DNA of 63,723 bases, the filler included, from Octopus bimaculoides (lineage: Eukaryota): assembly GCF_001194135.2 (NCBI RefSeq). It is 3 parts of 3 records of this genome, joined end to end, with 100 filler letters (N's around TTAATTAATTAA, not from the genome) between each part and the next. Parts side by side here need not be neighbours in the genome. Positions count along the whole stretch, not along the records: positions 27,464 to 58,309 come from NC_068991.1; 2 more parts are not named here. One strand, written 5' to 3'. Positions 37,750-50,699 of the stretch are shown in pieces; position 1 is the first letter of the stretch, and every line of letters starts with the position of its first letter. Both the position numbers and the translations under genes were made by a program. The notes below the pieces were generated by a model. The model ran no database searches. It saw only the letters and a program-made list of their open reading frames with translations, and had not been told where the DNA came from.

Positions 37750-40574
37750 TCACACAACCATTGTACCAATTCAAAAATAATCAATACTGTGATAATCAAC
37801 CATTGTAAGGCCAAATCAAAAAAAAAAAAAAAAGAAAAAAAGAAAAAAAATCAACATCATAAACCATTGATCGAATCAATATGACTTGGAAATAATCAAT
37901 AAACTTATCAATATAACCAACACCTAAACTTAGCAATAATCAATCAAAAGCTTTACAATAATCAATAATCAATAAGCATCTTAATGACAATAGCCAATAA
38001 CCAATAAGCAGTTTGATAACAGCCAATAACCAGCAATGTTACAACATTCGATATATAATACAAGCTGTGTGTAGTAGAGATAACTATATTCCTAGCAAGG
38101 TGCAGCTCTGACCTGGCTTGATTCCCAGTTGCAGGCAGCATTTCATTTCACTAAACAGCCTTAATGCTCTTCAGAAAATCACACAGTTTCCATTCTCTTC
38201 TCTGTATAAATATGAAATGCTGTACACAAGAAATCAATAACATTCTGATAATATAACACAATAGGCTAGAAAGAGAATGGAGATGGCCAAGATATCAGGG
38301 TGGCATAATCAACATTTTTCTGTGTCTAATTCTAATACTATGCCGTTCTGAGGTCTAATCATCTCAAGTTCAGTTCAAGGTGACTTTGTCGTCTCACCTC
38401 TCTGGAATTGCATGACAATAAATACCAGTAATACACCAGTGTTAATTCAATCACTTGTACTCCTCCTATTGTCTATTTATAGGAAAAGAAAGAATATGTA
38501 AATTTTTATATTTTTTTTTTATATGTGTTTGACTCTGGAGATGATACTTGTTCTCAGTTTCTAGGATCATTACTTCCAGATGTGGCCACCTCACAGTATT
38601 GAGCTCACTATACAATTCGAGACAATTTAACAATCCTAAACAAAGAAAATTGCTTGTATGCCCCAGCTGAACTACTGAATGAAGTTAAAGACTTAAGGTC
38701 CTGCTGCTTGGAACGACCAAAATAGAAACGCAATAATTTATATCTAGAAGGTCCAAACCCCAAGGACTGGCATCAAACTTTGGCATTGAAAGTTGTGCCA
38801 ATCCCTAAACTCATCATCTCTACAGAGTGCCAGAAATTTGACTATATTTTTCTAAAAATAGTTGACTCTCCTCAAATAAAACCTAAAAGTTGCAATAGAT
38901 TAGATTTCTAAGGGACATTATTTTCAAAGTTCTCTACTCTCAAACCAAAAGGCCTCTCTACATGGAGTAGCAACCAAACAACATGCATATAGGATATCTC
39001 CCCATGTACACTGCCAGACAAACCTACATTGCGTGAAGTGTAGCAAAACAAATTCCTCAAGCAATAAACCACATGGCAATACCAAAGTAGGGTCACAGAT
39101 CGTTGGCTGAATCGAGTACAATAGTAAAAAATTATGAACCCCTACTAAGCAGGGACAAGAGCCTAAACTGTGATTAGCCCACAACTGTCGTTTGCTTCAA
39201 CACCACCCACCATCCACCACGACCATCTGGTACATGGGTACCTTTAGTTGAGGCCGTTCTGTTGCATACACTCATGCTAGGTTTCTAGTCTAAGGATAAT
39301 CAACCACTCAAAACCTCCTTCTCCTTTTTCACACCACTCCAAAAAATCTCAAAAGTCTTTCCAAAATATCAGGATCATTGTTCTTACTTTATCAAAATAA
39401 ACAATAAAAATAAAAAGACAATTTTTAAATAAAAATATAAATTCTGTTTTTTTTTTTCTATTTCATTTCTCTTGCGCCAGTCATATTTTTGATCAAAGAC
39501 ATGAATGTCACAGAATCCACCAGCCCTCCGGACTTTTTTTTTGTCTTTTTGTATAAGAAATTCATAAATACCTTCTGTGCAGATTAACCGATTCTCACAT
39601 TGACACAAGACCAATACAGTTGATAGAATTAGCCTCAGAATATCAAGTCAGTTCATTTCTATAGTATTTCTGCATTGGAATGGTCTCTTGTGTGAAGCTC
39701 ACCTCCTCCTCCCCTTCCTCCTCCTCTACCTCTTCCTCCTCCTCCCCTTCCTCCTCCTCCTTCCTCCTCCTCCCCTTCCTCCTCCTCCNNNNNNNNNNNN
39801 NNNNNNNNNNNNNNNNNNNNNNNNNNNNNNNNNNNNNNNNNNNNNNNNNNNNNNNNNNNNNNNNNNNNNNNNNNNNNNNNNNNNNNNNNNNNNNNNNNNN
39901 NNNNNNNNNNNNNNNNNNNNNNNNNNNNNNNNNNNNNNNNNNNNNNNNNNNNNNNNNNNNNNNNNNNNNNNNNNNNNNNNNNNNNNNNNNNNNNNNNNNN
40001 NNNNNNNNNNNNNTCCCCCTTCATCCTCCCCCTTCATCTTCTTCCTCCTCCTCCTCCCCTCCCTCCTCCTTCCACCTACAGGCATCAGTCATCACAGACC
40101 TCCATGCATCCAGTCCCACACACTATTACTGGGCCAGTTTTTCTGAAGACATCTACTTAGATCATCATTCCCAGAGCATTTTTGTCATTAAGGCAACTGA
40201 ATCTTTCACCAATTTTGACCCCCCCCTCTCACCTATGACCAAAGGCATTCCAGTCACGACCACCTCATTAATTCCAGACCCAGGGAATCTAGCAGTGCCT
40301 TATCCCACTTAGGTCTGTCTGTCTGTCTGTTTTTAACAGAAGATGTCATCACGGGGTGTTTGTCGATGTTTGCTGTTGGCTGAGGCTGTACGTGAATGAT
40401 TGAACACCACCTAGCAAACATCTAGATATGATTTATTAACACTGCACAAGTCATATGAAGTTGGTCAGGCATTACAAAATATCCATGTAGAGTCAACAAG
40501 ATGAAAGAAATGTAATACAACATGCAAAGTAGTTAGATATCAAAATTTACCACTGGGGCTGGATTAAATACAAG

Positions 40575-40623
<49 letters not shown>

Positions 40624-40887
40624 CATATCGCTTCATTTCTGCCATCATAAATTGCATATCGGTTTAAACATGCAGTCATTAAAATGACTTGGTGAGAGTG
40701 GAGACAATCATTCTGGCCAGATGTCTGCAACACTCAGTGAATTAGTGCTCAAAACAGACTCTATCTATAGGCTTATTATAGAGAACAATCTAGAAATCTC
40801 TGGAGAAACTATCGCATAAAAACTAGCTGCTGATTGACTGACAACTCAGCTTCACATGGGAAAGACTGATGGCTTGAAATCTATAAT

Positions 40888-41121
40888 TTATTACTTTATT
40901 GCCTACAGGGGGCTAAACATAGAGGGGACAAACAAGGACAGATAAAGGGAATAAGTCAATTACATCGACGCCAGTGCATAACTGGTATTTACTTAGTCGA
41001 CCCCGAAAGGATGAAAGGCAAAGTCGACCTCAACAGAATTTGAACTCAGAACGTAACAGCAGAGATGAAATACCACTAACCATTTCACCCAGCATGCTAA
41101 TGATTCTGTTAGCTCACCACC
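40888..41121 (-). mobile_element. SINE family B, full length (tail type 1)
   Basis: Head to body match with 14210-14400; tail TTTGTCCCCTCTATGTTTAGCCCCCTGTAGGCAATAAAG. Confidence 0.85.
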
Positions 41122-42178
41122 CAAAGATTAACGTTCCTGTCACAACTTGGGTTCAAGTCTTGCAACAATCTGACTGTTTTGATATCAATTTTTGTTGTTG
41201 TTATTTTTCTGGATTGTTTTGGGTTTGATGGATTTGTAAATTGTCATTTGACTCTATCTTGCGTCTTTTGGTCTATAAAACCCAACATCCCAAAAATCTA
41301 AGCATCATGACTTCATCTCTCTTTCCTTGATCTTCTTCTGCCCTGGAGCGTACTTGACCTAACACAACCCATTTTAGATTTCTCCACCCAATAGAAGCCA
41401 CCCTTTCACACCCCATGTTTTACTAGAACCTACATTTATGAGTCACTATTTATTGACTTGACAAATAAGTTGTTAATTTGTTGATTGAATAATTTAATAA
41501 TTAAAGCATTTAGTCATTGATTAGAACATATAAAATTGTTAATATTACACCTAAAACGTGAGCAATATTTACCGAGATCAATTCTTGCATTATTTGTTGT
41601 TTGTTGTTGTTTAGTACCAGGCCATATCTTATTGAGCACTCATAAGCCAAAGACATTACATCCATGCCATCTCCATCTTCTATTCCAACAAAAATATCCT
41701 TGGACAATATTATCAAAGGCATGCCTCAGTGCTCCTTGAAGGTCATAGATTGTGGTCTGAGGAAAGGAAGAAGATCAGTTGCCTGCTATTTCTAGCAGAT
41801 GATACAACTGTGCAGGGGCTTTCTCATTGGCTCATCCTCCATATCTATTGTTGGTTGCAATAACCAAGTTTTACCATTGCTTCCAATAAAATATATTGAT
41901 ATTCTTTGTTCGAAGATATACATTTTCCAGCCAAATATTTATCAATAAAAAAACAAGAAACGACATCTTCCTACAGACTCAGCGATTCCATTGTTGACTG
42001 TTCCCAGTTTGTTCTTTTAATTATTGTATTTAGCTTATTTAGTCATCTATTTTTGGCATGTTGATATTACACACACACACACACACGCGCACACACACGC
42101 GCACACACGCGCGCGCGCGCACGCACACACATGTATGTATGTATATTCATATATGTGTATGAATGCCTATGTATGAAT

Positions 42179-42245
<67 letters not shown>

Positions 42246-42367
42246 AATATATAAATATATATAAATATGTATATGTGCTTACATATATACATATGTGTCC
42301 ATACACATGCACTCACATACATATGTTTATTTATATGTGAATGCATACATTTATATGTGTGTGTATG

Positions 42368-42398
<31 letters not shown>

Positions 42399-42505
42399 AT
42401 ACATATGCATGTATGTATATATGTATATATGTATATATATATATATATACATACATGATAAACCCATTTATCTATCTATTTACCATGCTATCATCATCAT
42501 CATCG

Positions 42506-42549
<44 letters not shown>

Positions 42550-42823
42550 GTCATCATCACTCTATATGCATCCTTTCCATGCTGGCATGGGTTGGAGGGT
42601 TTAACAGGATCTGACAGTTTAAAGAACTGTCTTACTCCAACACCTCAGATTTTGGTATTATTTCTACAGTGGGTGTTCTTCTGAATATCAACCACTCTAC
42701 TGAGTGGACTGAACATATTTCTAACTGGAACCAGCACTGTTAGTCTTCGCATTTTGCAGGGTGTACTGGATGCACTACGGTGGTGCGTTGTCATTGGTGA
42801 GGTCACTTTGTAAATTGCATCAT

Positions 42824-43242
42824 GTGACTGGTGATGAAAAATGGATCTTCTATCGAATTGTTAAATGTTGTAAACAGTGGCTCATTTAAAAGGAAAAAGC
42901 TCAACCACAACCGAAAAGGGAACTTCATGGGAAAGAGGTTCTTCTCTCTATCTGGTGGGATTGCAAAGGAGTAATTCACTTTGAATTGTTACCACCTAAT
43001 GCAACAATCAATGCTCAAGTATATTGTCAGCAATTAGAACGTTTGAACCAAACTTTGAAGGAAAAAGACCCGCTTTAGTGAATCGAAAATGAGTGATGTT
43101 TCATCAGGAAAATGCGCGGCCCCACACTGCAAAGATCACATCACAGAAGATCGAAGAGCTTGGTTGGGAAAAAATTCCTCATCCACCTTATTCTCCCAGC
43201 CTTGCTTCTTCAGACTACTATTTGTTTCGTAGTTTACAAAAT
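42824..43242 (+). pseudogene. Mariner transposase catalytic-domain relic
   Basis: VTGDEKWIFY...LSIWWDCKGVIHFELL...FHQENARPHTA...PHPPYSPSLASSDYYLFRSLQN (D,D34D region) with stops and a frameshift; truncated by a (CTT)n array. Confidence 0.92.
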
Positions 43243-43261
43243 CCTCCTCCTCCTCCCTCTA

Positions 43262-43347
43262 TTCTTCTTCTTCTTCTTCTTCTTCTTCTTCTTCTTCTTC
43301 TTCTTCTTCTTCTTCTTCTTCTTCTTCTTCTTCTTCTTCTTCTTCTT
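43262..43347. repeat. (CTT)n microsatellite
   Basis: Direct reading. Confidence 0.95.
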
Positions 43348-43646
43348 TGCCACCTCCTTTCTCTACTACTACTACTGCTTAAACAATCCAAGACAAGAAC
43401 TCCTATCAAACTAACTGCTGCCAACCACCTACAACTCACAAGAGTAAAAAAGAGAGACAAAGACAGACAGAAAACAAGAAAATGGCCCCTGCATTTGAAA
43501 AATATTGAAATAGTTAAAAAAAGACACTTTATTTATTTTTTTCCCCAATTTAATTGTTTGTTAAAAAAGTCGCAAAGACTGAAACCAGAACTAAAATGTT
43601 CTTCATGATAAAATTATTTTAGCATTTTTCTACCTTGTCTTATTTT

Positions 43647-43715
<69 letters not shown>

Positions 43716-44037
43716 TACACATGTACATACATATATATATATGCATACTCACACACACATTCACTTCCTGAAGCCATATACAGCTACTTAAGTTTCATGT
43801 TTACATGCTCAGTCAGACGACAGCATGAAGTATTGTAATGCAATGTTCCATTGACCAAGATGTTGGGCAAAGTAGCCTTTAATTCCAATACATTCTGCTG
43901 CAGCAGCTACCGATGTCTTTCAATGAGCAGGTAAACATTAAAGTTTACTAATGACTTTTGGCTCCAACCAAACAAATATAATTATACTCTACACTATGTA
44001 TACAGAATTTTCTCTCCTTCATTACAACCAATGCATA

Positions 44038-44079
44038 TATCATCATCATCATCATCATCATCATCATCGACATTATCAA

Positions 44080-44110
<31 letters not shown>

Positions 44111-44184
44111 GTCATTATCAACATCATCATCATCATTATTGTTGTCACTGTCATCATCACCATTATTCTCATCATCATTTCATC

Positions 44185-44237
<53 letters not shown>

Positions 44238-44405
44238 TATCATTACCATCATCGTTGTCATCGTCATCATCATCATTATTGTCGTCATCATCACTATTAT
44301 TATCATCATCATTGTCATCACCATTATCTTCTTCATTATCATTATCTTTTTTATCATTATCATCATCGTCGTCGTCATTGTCATCATCGTTATCTGTCAT
44401 CATCA
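44038..44405. repeat. Degenerate (CAT)n array
   Basis: Direct reading. Confidence 0.95.
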
Positions 44406-44560
44406 CCTGTAACTTAGCGGTTCAGCAAAAGAGATTGATAGAATAAGTACTAGGCTTACAAAGAATATGTCCTGGGGTCGATTTGTTTGACTAAAGGCGG
44501 TGCTCCAACATGGCCGCAGTCAAATGACTGAAATGAATAAAAGAAAAGAATGAAAGAATC
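44406..44560 (+). mobile_element. SINE family A, 3' fragment
   Basis: GTAACTTAGCGGTTCAGCAAAAGAG...CAGTCAAATGACTGAAA. Confidence 0.85.
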
Positions 44561-45979
44561 AGCTAGAACAAGTTAGTATCAAAAGGGTTAAGATATTTTG
44601 TTTCCCTAAAACAATTTTAAAAGACACAAAATATCTGGAGGATGCTGTCAAATTTATTTCTTTTCCAACAAATTTCATTCAAGTCTGTCATTTCGTTCTC
44701 TTGTTGTTCTGTAAATTTATTCTGAGATTTCCTTCTCAAACTGAACTATGGTTAGTGTTGGGATCTAAATAATCTGGAACTGAATAATTTTCATTTATTT
44801 CTCTCCTGGAACTAAAATTATTGAATAGAGTCAATTGATGAGACATGAAATATTCAATAATTTATTTGGATCCTGTGTTTCTGCTTCAGATTTTTTGTGC
44901 AACTTAAACAGGATTTGCTTTTAAAAAACTAGGAAAAGTAAAGTCTTCATAACACAAAACGTTAAAGAAAGGGCATCGGCAATACAGCAACGTTCATTAT
45001 CATCTTCATTTTTATGTCTGCTTTTCATGACAGCATTAGTCGGATGGGTTGTCACAAACTGAATCAGTGCTTATTCAGAGTTAAGTTATCGACTTCATAC
45101 ATAGGTTGGGTGGGGAAGGAGACGGTGTCTCACTCATATTTTCCATTTTGAGCATTTTCTTTTCTATGGCTGGATTCCTTTCTTATCACCAACCATTTTA
45201 CAAGCTGTGCTCTTTGTAGTTTATCATGACACCAGCACTAGAGAGGTTACTTGTCATCAACAAGACTAAAAACTTTCCTCCACCCAACATTATCTACATT
45301 TGTTCTTTTACTCTTTGCAATTTCAAAATGTGTATATATTTCATCAACTTCTCTAAACTTCATCCTACTGCCAGTTGACATATCTTTTGTTGCACCAAGT
45401 TAAACAAGCTGTCATTTATTGTCATAAATAGTTGACATTTTATTTGCCCAACTAATAACTATGGCTACCAGCTGCACATTTCTTTTATCAAATATCCAAA
45501 AATTCTTGGCATATATTCACTTGCTGCATGTGACACAGTGTGCTGAAGAGACAAACAGACATGTGTTTAAAGCACAAGGTTGGGAATTTCTCTTTTAGAG
45601 TCAGTCTAACGTAATTAGATTTTGTACATTAACATTGTCTTATTTTAAACATTCTTGTAATACATGACTTTAATAATTGCATTCATTCACTTAGACTAAG
45701 TTAATAATAGTTTTTTAACTTGTGAATAATATTGTATAACAATTGACATTGTTAATCTGATAATGGAAACATCTTTTGAAGCATCAATTATTAAACAAAA
45801 CTTTGGCACTCTTTTTAACTTCTTCTTTAAACTATAGACCAAAAATATAAACTAGAGAACTTGAGAGCCCTCTGCAGTGGGCTCTTGTACCATCCTCAAG
45901 TCTTTTAACAGCAAAAAGAGAAAAATATTTAAGTATTGCTCATATCAAGAAAGCCTCACTGCACCACAACCCCTCTAAT

Positions 45980-46320
45980 TATGAGTGGCACTCAGCCAGA
46001 GCCTTCAGAGTCACTCCAAAAGCAAGTGTCTCTTAGCATAGCAAAGATTGCATCCAAAAGACAAACCATTCTCTTTAGAGGCAGAAGATGTTTCAATCCT
46101 CAATAGCTTCTGACATTCTACAAGGCTCAAGTCAGGCCCATGATGAAGAACTGCTCCATATCTTGGACAGAGTTGCTACAAAGTGCATCAATATTCTGGA
46201 CCCCATCCAGAGACGGACCACTCAGCTGACTGGCATCCTGCCACTTACAAACACACTCCACCCTCTGACCCACGTCGTCTGCTGAAGTCCTCTCCTTATT
46301 TTTTCTACTACAACAATATT
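45980..46320 (+). pseudogene. LINE (CR1/L2-like) post-RT C-terminal relic
   Basis: SIAKIASKRQTILFRGRRCF...LLTFYKAQVRP...LDPIQRRTTQL...LHPLTHRR...LSLFFYY across frameshifts. Confidence 0.7.
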
Positions 46321-46594
46321 TCTTTTCTGCTTCTCAGAGTTGACTGGTTGGGCATTTCTAACCACTCAGATGCCCACCACCCACTCACCCCTCCACCTTT
46401 TGTCTGGTGGGGATGGGGTTGACAAATGATGATGAATGTAAACATGAGAGTAGGGAATTCACTGAGTCAAGCTGGTTACATTGGACATACATTTTAAAAC
46501 TTCCTCCACAGCTGATCAATCATGGATCCTTTGTTGCACAACAGAGAACATGAAAACACAATCAGAGAGGAAAACATGCTTAGTTAACAAGACA

Positions 46595-46713
46595 GCCATC
46601 CAATATAACATCATTAGTTAATGACATTGCCATACTGTATAACATTGTTAGTCAATAACACTGCCATACTGTATAACATCACCAGTTAGTAACGCAGCTC
46701 TACTGTAGAACAT
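46595..46713. repeat. 34-bp minisatellite, about 3.5 copies
   Basis: Units start at 46595, 46629, 46663 and 46697; consensus GCCATACTGTATAACATyrTTAGTyAATrACAyT. Confidence 0.8.
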
Positions 46714-47128
46714 TTCAGAGAAAAATTAAGCTTTTTATAAAAATGGATGGAAAATGCCAAGCAAAGATTAGAGACCAAACATGATAGTCTTGAACAGACA
46801 CTGATAATGCTGAAGGCAAACTGGAGACAGAGATTTATATTCTAAATCCAACAATGATGATATCGTTGGTAGCATCATTGCCATGACCCTCACAGATATT
46901 ATAAAAAAATTCATCAATATAAAAAATAACTGCACTAATAACCACTTCATTTGGAAGATGAGATCAAGAAGGTTCCGGAATTATTGATGGAACTAGGAAT
47001 GTTGTTCCAAGTAAAGCAAGAAAAACTTAGGAAATATGTAACAAAAAACTCATCGAGAAAAAACAGGGAATTAAGTGAAAGATATCTTGTTTCCAATATG
47101 ATATTTTTGAAGGAAAAGCTGTTCATGA

Positions 47129-47157
<29 letters not shown>

Positions 47158-47159
<2 letters not shown>

Positions 47160-47462
47160 TGGGCAAGTGTCTTCTACTATAGCCTTGGGCTGACCAAAGC
47201 CTTGTGAGTAGATTTGGTAGACGGAAACTGAAAGAAGCCCATCGTATGTGTGTGTGTGTGTGTGTGTCTGTGTTTGTCTCCCCAACATTGCTTGACAACC
47301 GATGCTGGTGTGTTTACATCCCTGTAACTTAGTATTTCAGCAAAAGAGACTGATAGAATAAGTAAAAGGCTTACAAAGAATAAGTCCCGGGGTCAATTTG
47401 CTTGACTAAAAGTGGTGCTCCAGCATGGCCGCAGTCAAATGACTGAAACAAGTAAAAGAATA
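47158..47462 (+). mobile_element. SINE family A, 5'-truncated
   Basis: CTTGGGCAAGTGTCTTCTACTATAGCC through GACTGAAACAAGTAAAAGAATA. Confidence 0.9.
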
Positions 47463-48091
47463 TATATATATATATGTATCTATAATATTTATACACATTA
47501 CACACATACATACATGCATACATACATACAATCATGCATACATACATACATACATACACATTACACACATACATACACACACATACATATATACACATAC
47601 ACACACACATACATACCTACATAAATGCATACATACATACACGTATATACAGTTACATGTATATACACACTCAGACACTTATAACTTGCCGCCTATCTTA
47701 CAGCTTACCATTTTTCTTATCTCTTTCCCTTAGAATTATTCGAGCTGCAACCAATCTAGAATATTCTATTTATTTATTTACATATTTGCCATCTTATTTT
47801 TCACACCAATTCTATCTTCACTTCATATTTTTACTTTCCTATCTTTACCTTGGCCAATTTCCACCCCGACCCTTACCATTTTTTTCTGTCCTTCTCCCTG
47901 CATCCTGATAACAACCAAAGCCAAAACAAAAGATTCGTTTTGATGGGTTTTTCTTTTTGGTTCTTTGTTACGCTTTTATATTTGTTGTTTATTCACTTTT
48001 GCTTCCATCTTTGCTCATTTGCTGTTTTTTTGTTGCCATGTTTTTTTTTTAAATATTGCTTCATCACAGAAATTACTGTCTTATATGCATT

Positions 48092-48148
<57 letters not shown>

Positions 48149-48548
48149 GAAGAAGTTTTCTTTGCCACCCTGTGGTTCCGACTTCGATCCCACTGCATGT
48201 CACCTTGGGTAAGTCTTCTACTTTAGTTTCGAGATGACCAATACCTTAGGACTAGAATTTAGTTTGTGGAAACAATGCAGAAATTTGTTGCGTGTTTGTA
48301 TATGTGCATGAGTGAGAAAGAGCATGTGTGTGCATGTGTGTGTGTGTGTCTGTGTGTGTGTGTGTGTGGTACTTTATTGTAACTGAAAAGACTGCAGAAG
48401 CTGTTTGTCAGGGTTTCACGCAACTGATCATCAGACAATCATGAGCATTTGAAGCAATTCTGTGGTTTATACATATTTATAAGTATTTATAAACAGAGCA
48501 GTAAATAATTATTTAGTAACTCAATGAAAAAACCTAATCGGACAGGGC

Positions 48549-48565
48549 ATTATTATTATTATTAA

Positions 48566-48598
<33 letters not shown>

Positions 48599-48860
48599 CA
48601 TTATTACTATTATTATTACTATTCGATACCAGCATTGAATATGGACATTAAATGACGATGGTGATGATGGTGATAACAATGATGATGACGACAATGACGA
48701 CGACGACGATGATGATGATGATGATGATGATGAATGATGATGACGATGACGATGATGATGACGATGACAACGACGACAACAACAACGACAACGATGACAA
48801 CGATGATGACAGCGAAGACAACAATGATGAAGATGACGATGACGACGACGATGATGAGAA
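48549..48860. repeat. (TAT)n and (GAT/GAC)n arrays around a family C tail remnant
   Basis: Direct reading; CCAGCATTGAATATGGACATTAAATGA lies between the arrays. Confidence 0.85.
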
Positions 48861-49539
48861 TGACAACAGCAAGAAAAATGATTGGATGGAAAATGATGGA
48901 AGTGGACCACAATTAAAAAAACCTAAACATTAAAAACATGTTGAATATCTAAATGGAAAATATATCCCCTGTCCTCTGTGGAATGAGGCATAAGAAACGC
49001 AAAAGACTAAAAAGAAAAAGCTTTTAAAAATCCAGGAAAAATATTGCATGCAATAAAAATTAAGATTTAAAATAAAAATTAATACAAGGTGGAAGGAATA
49101 GCACAAACAACATGTAGAAATAAGGGCAAAATTAAAATTAGAATAAATAAATAATTACTAGACTGGAGTAGGAGTTGAACTCAGGTAAGAAAATAAAAGC
49201 GAACTTTATCAAAGCTAAGAAGAATAAAGACAAGGAGGGTGGGGTGGAGGAGAGTGAGGAAAACAAGAGGGAAAAATTAAAAGCTGTGGTAGTTAAGCTA
49301 AAAAGATGGAGATAATTAAAAGTGAACATGTATCTAATAGAGATTGCTATAAGCGTTGGCAGTGAAGTGATAAGAAAGCCTACAAGAGATAGAGAAATTA
49401 GATAGATATGAAGTAAGATATGAAAGATAGCTATAAGCACCTGGGAGGAAGCAATTAAAGAACATAGAACAGGTAGAGAAATTAGCAAGATATAGAGTTA
49501 AATGTATGAAAGAAGAAAGGACCAAACTACAAAGACACA

Positions 49540-49585
<46 letters not shown>

Positions 49586-49831
49586 ATGTATATATATATA
49601 TATANNNNNNNNNNATATGTATATTTAATTATATGTATTTATTTTCTTTTAGTTAACAATTAACTCTGACAAAATAAATTAGTTAATAGTTACCAGGGTA
49701 GCAAAGTTCACAAAATAACTTTGGTGTAACTCCTGTTTACGAGGTAGAAACTCCCTGTTAATCTGAAGTATTTTGAATAAATATAAGATTAAATAAATGG
49801 AATTATACGCATGTGTTAAATTATTTCTTTT

Positions 49832-49916
49832 ATTTCCGACGTGTTTCGAAGATTACAATTGGTTCATTCCAAAGAAACGAATGATGTTGAGAAAGATGTA
49901 ATCTCTTCAGAGAAAT
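49832..49916 (-). ncRNA. Hammerhead-ribozyme-like motif, partly decayed
   Basis: ATTTCT-CTGAAGA-GATTACA...TGTAATCTTC-GAAA-CACGTC-GGAAAT: 6-bp stem I, GUC triplet, stem II with a 3-nt bulge. Confidence 0.5.
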
Positions 49917-50039
49917 ATATAAAAATCAACTCAACCGTAAGACATTATTACCGAATGTGACAACTGCGAGTAAAGAATAATGCTACATAGCTTATTTGAA
50001 AAAACCGTTGGAAAATTACAGCAGATTTATACATCAACC

Positions 50040-50423
50040 AATTGGATGAAAGGATCCTAATGCAAAACAAAGCTCGACCACATGTTGCACAAAGTTACAG
50101 GAATTGAACTTGGAAGTACTCTGTCATCTACCATATTCACCAAACCTTACACCAACTGACTCTCATGTTTACCAGGCATTAGACAACTTTTTGCAAGGAA
50201 AAACCTTCAAATCTGAAGAAGATGCAAAACAGCCTTTCATGATTTCATCATCTCTTACTCTCCAGAATTCTTCGCTGCCGGCATAAATAAGCTACCGATA
50301 AAATGGCAAAACTGTGTTGATAATTTAGGTGCCTACTTTGATTAACTGCATTGCTTTTTGTTGAGATAAAGTAAAATTAACTTTCAGTTCAAAATCGGAC
50401 ATTTCATTCTTAATGACCTGACA
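50040..50423 (+). pseudogene. Mariner 3' part (transposase C-terminus plus TIR)
   Basis: ARPHVAQ...HLPYSPNLTPTDSHVYQALDNFLQGKTF...[21 protein letters not shown]; end AATGACCTGACA followed by (TA)n. Confidence 0.88.
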
Positions 50424-50582
<159 letters not shown>

Positions 50583-50668
50583 GGGAGAGACCGAGATATA
50601 CATACATACGTACATACATACAAATATAATATATATAAACATACATACATGTATATACATACATATAT

Positions 50669-50699
<31 letters not shown>

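Noticed and set aside
38924-39184. Minus Cys-rich ORF as an L1/Tx1 ORF2 C-terminus
   Set aside because: The expected CxxC...HxxxxC spacing is not identifiable
46595-46713. 34-bp repeat as a CRISPR array
   Set aside because: Units are contiguous with no unique spacers, the context is eukaryotic and no cas genes are present
46951-47130. ORF MEDEIKKVPELLMELGMLFQ... as an exon
   Set aside because: No good splice signals, and it runs into (CT)n and a SINE
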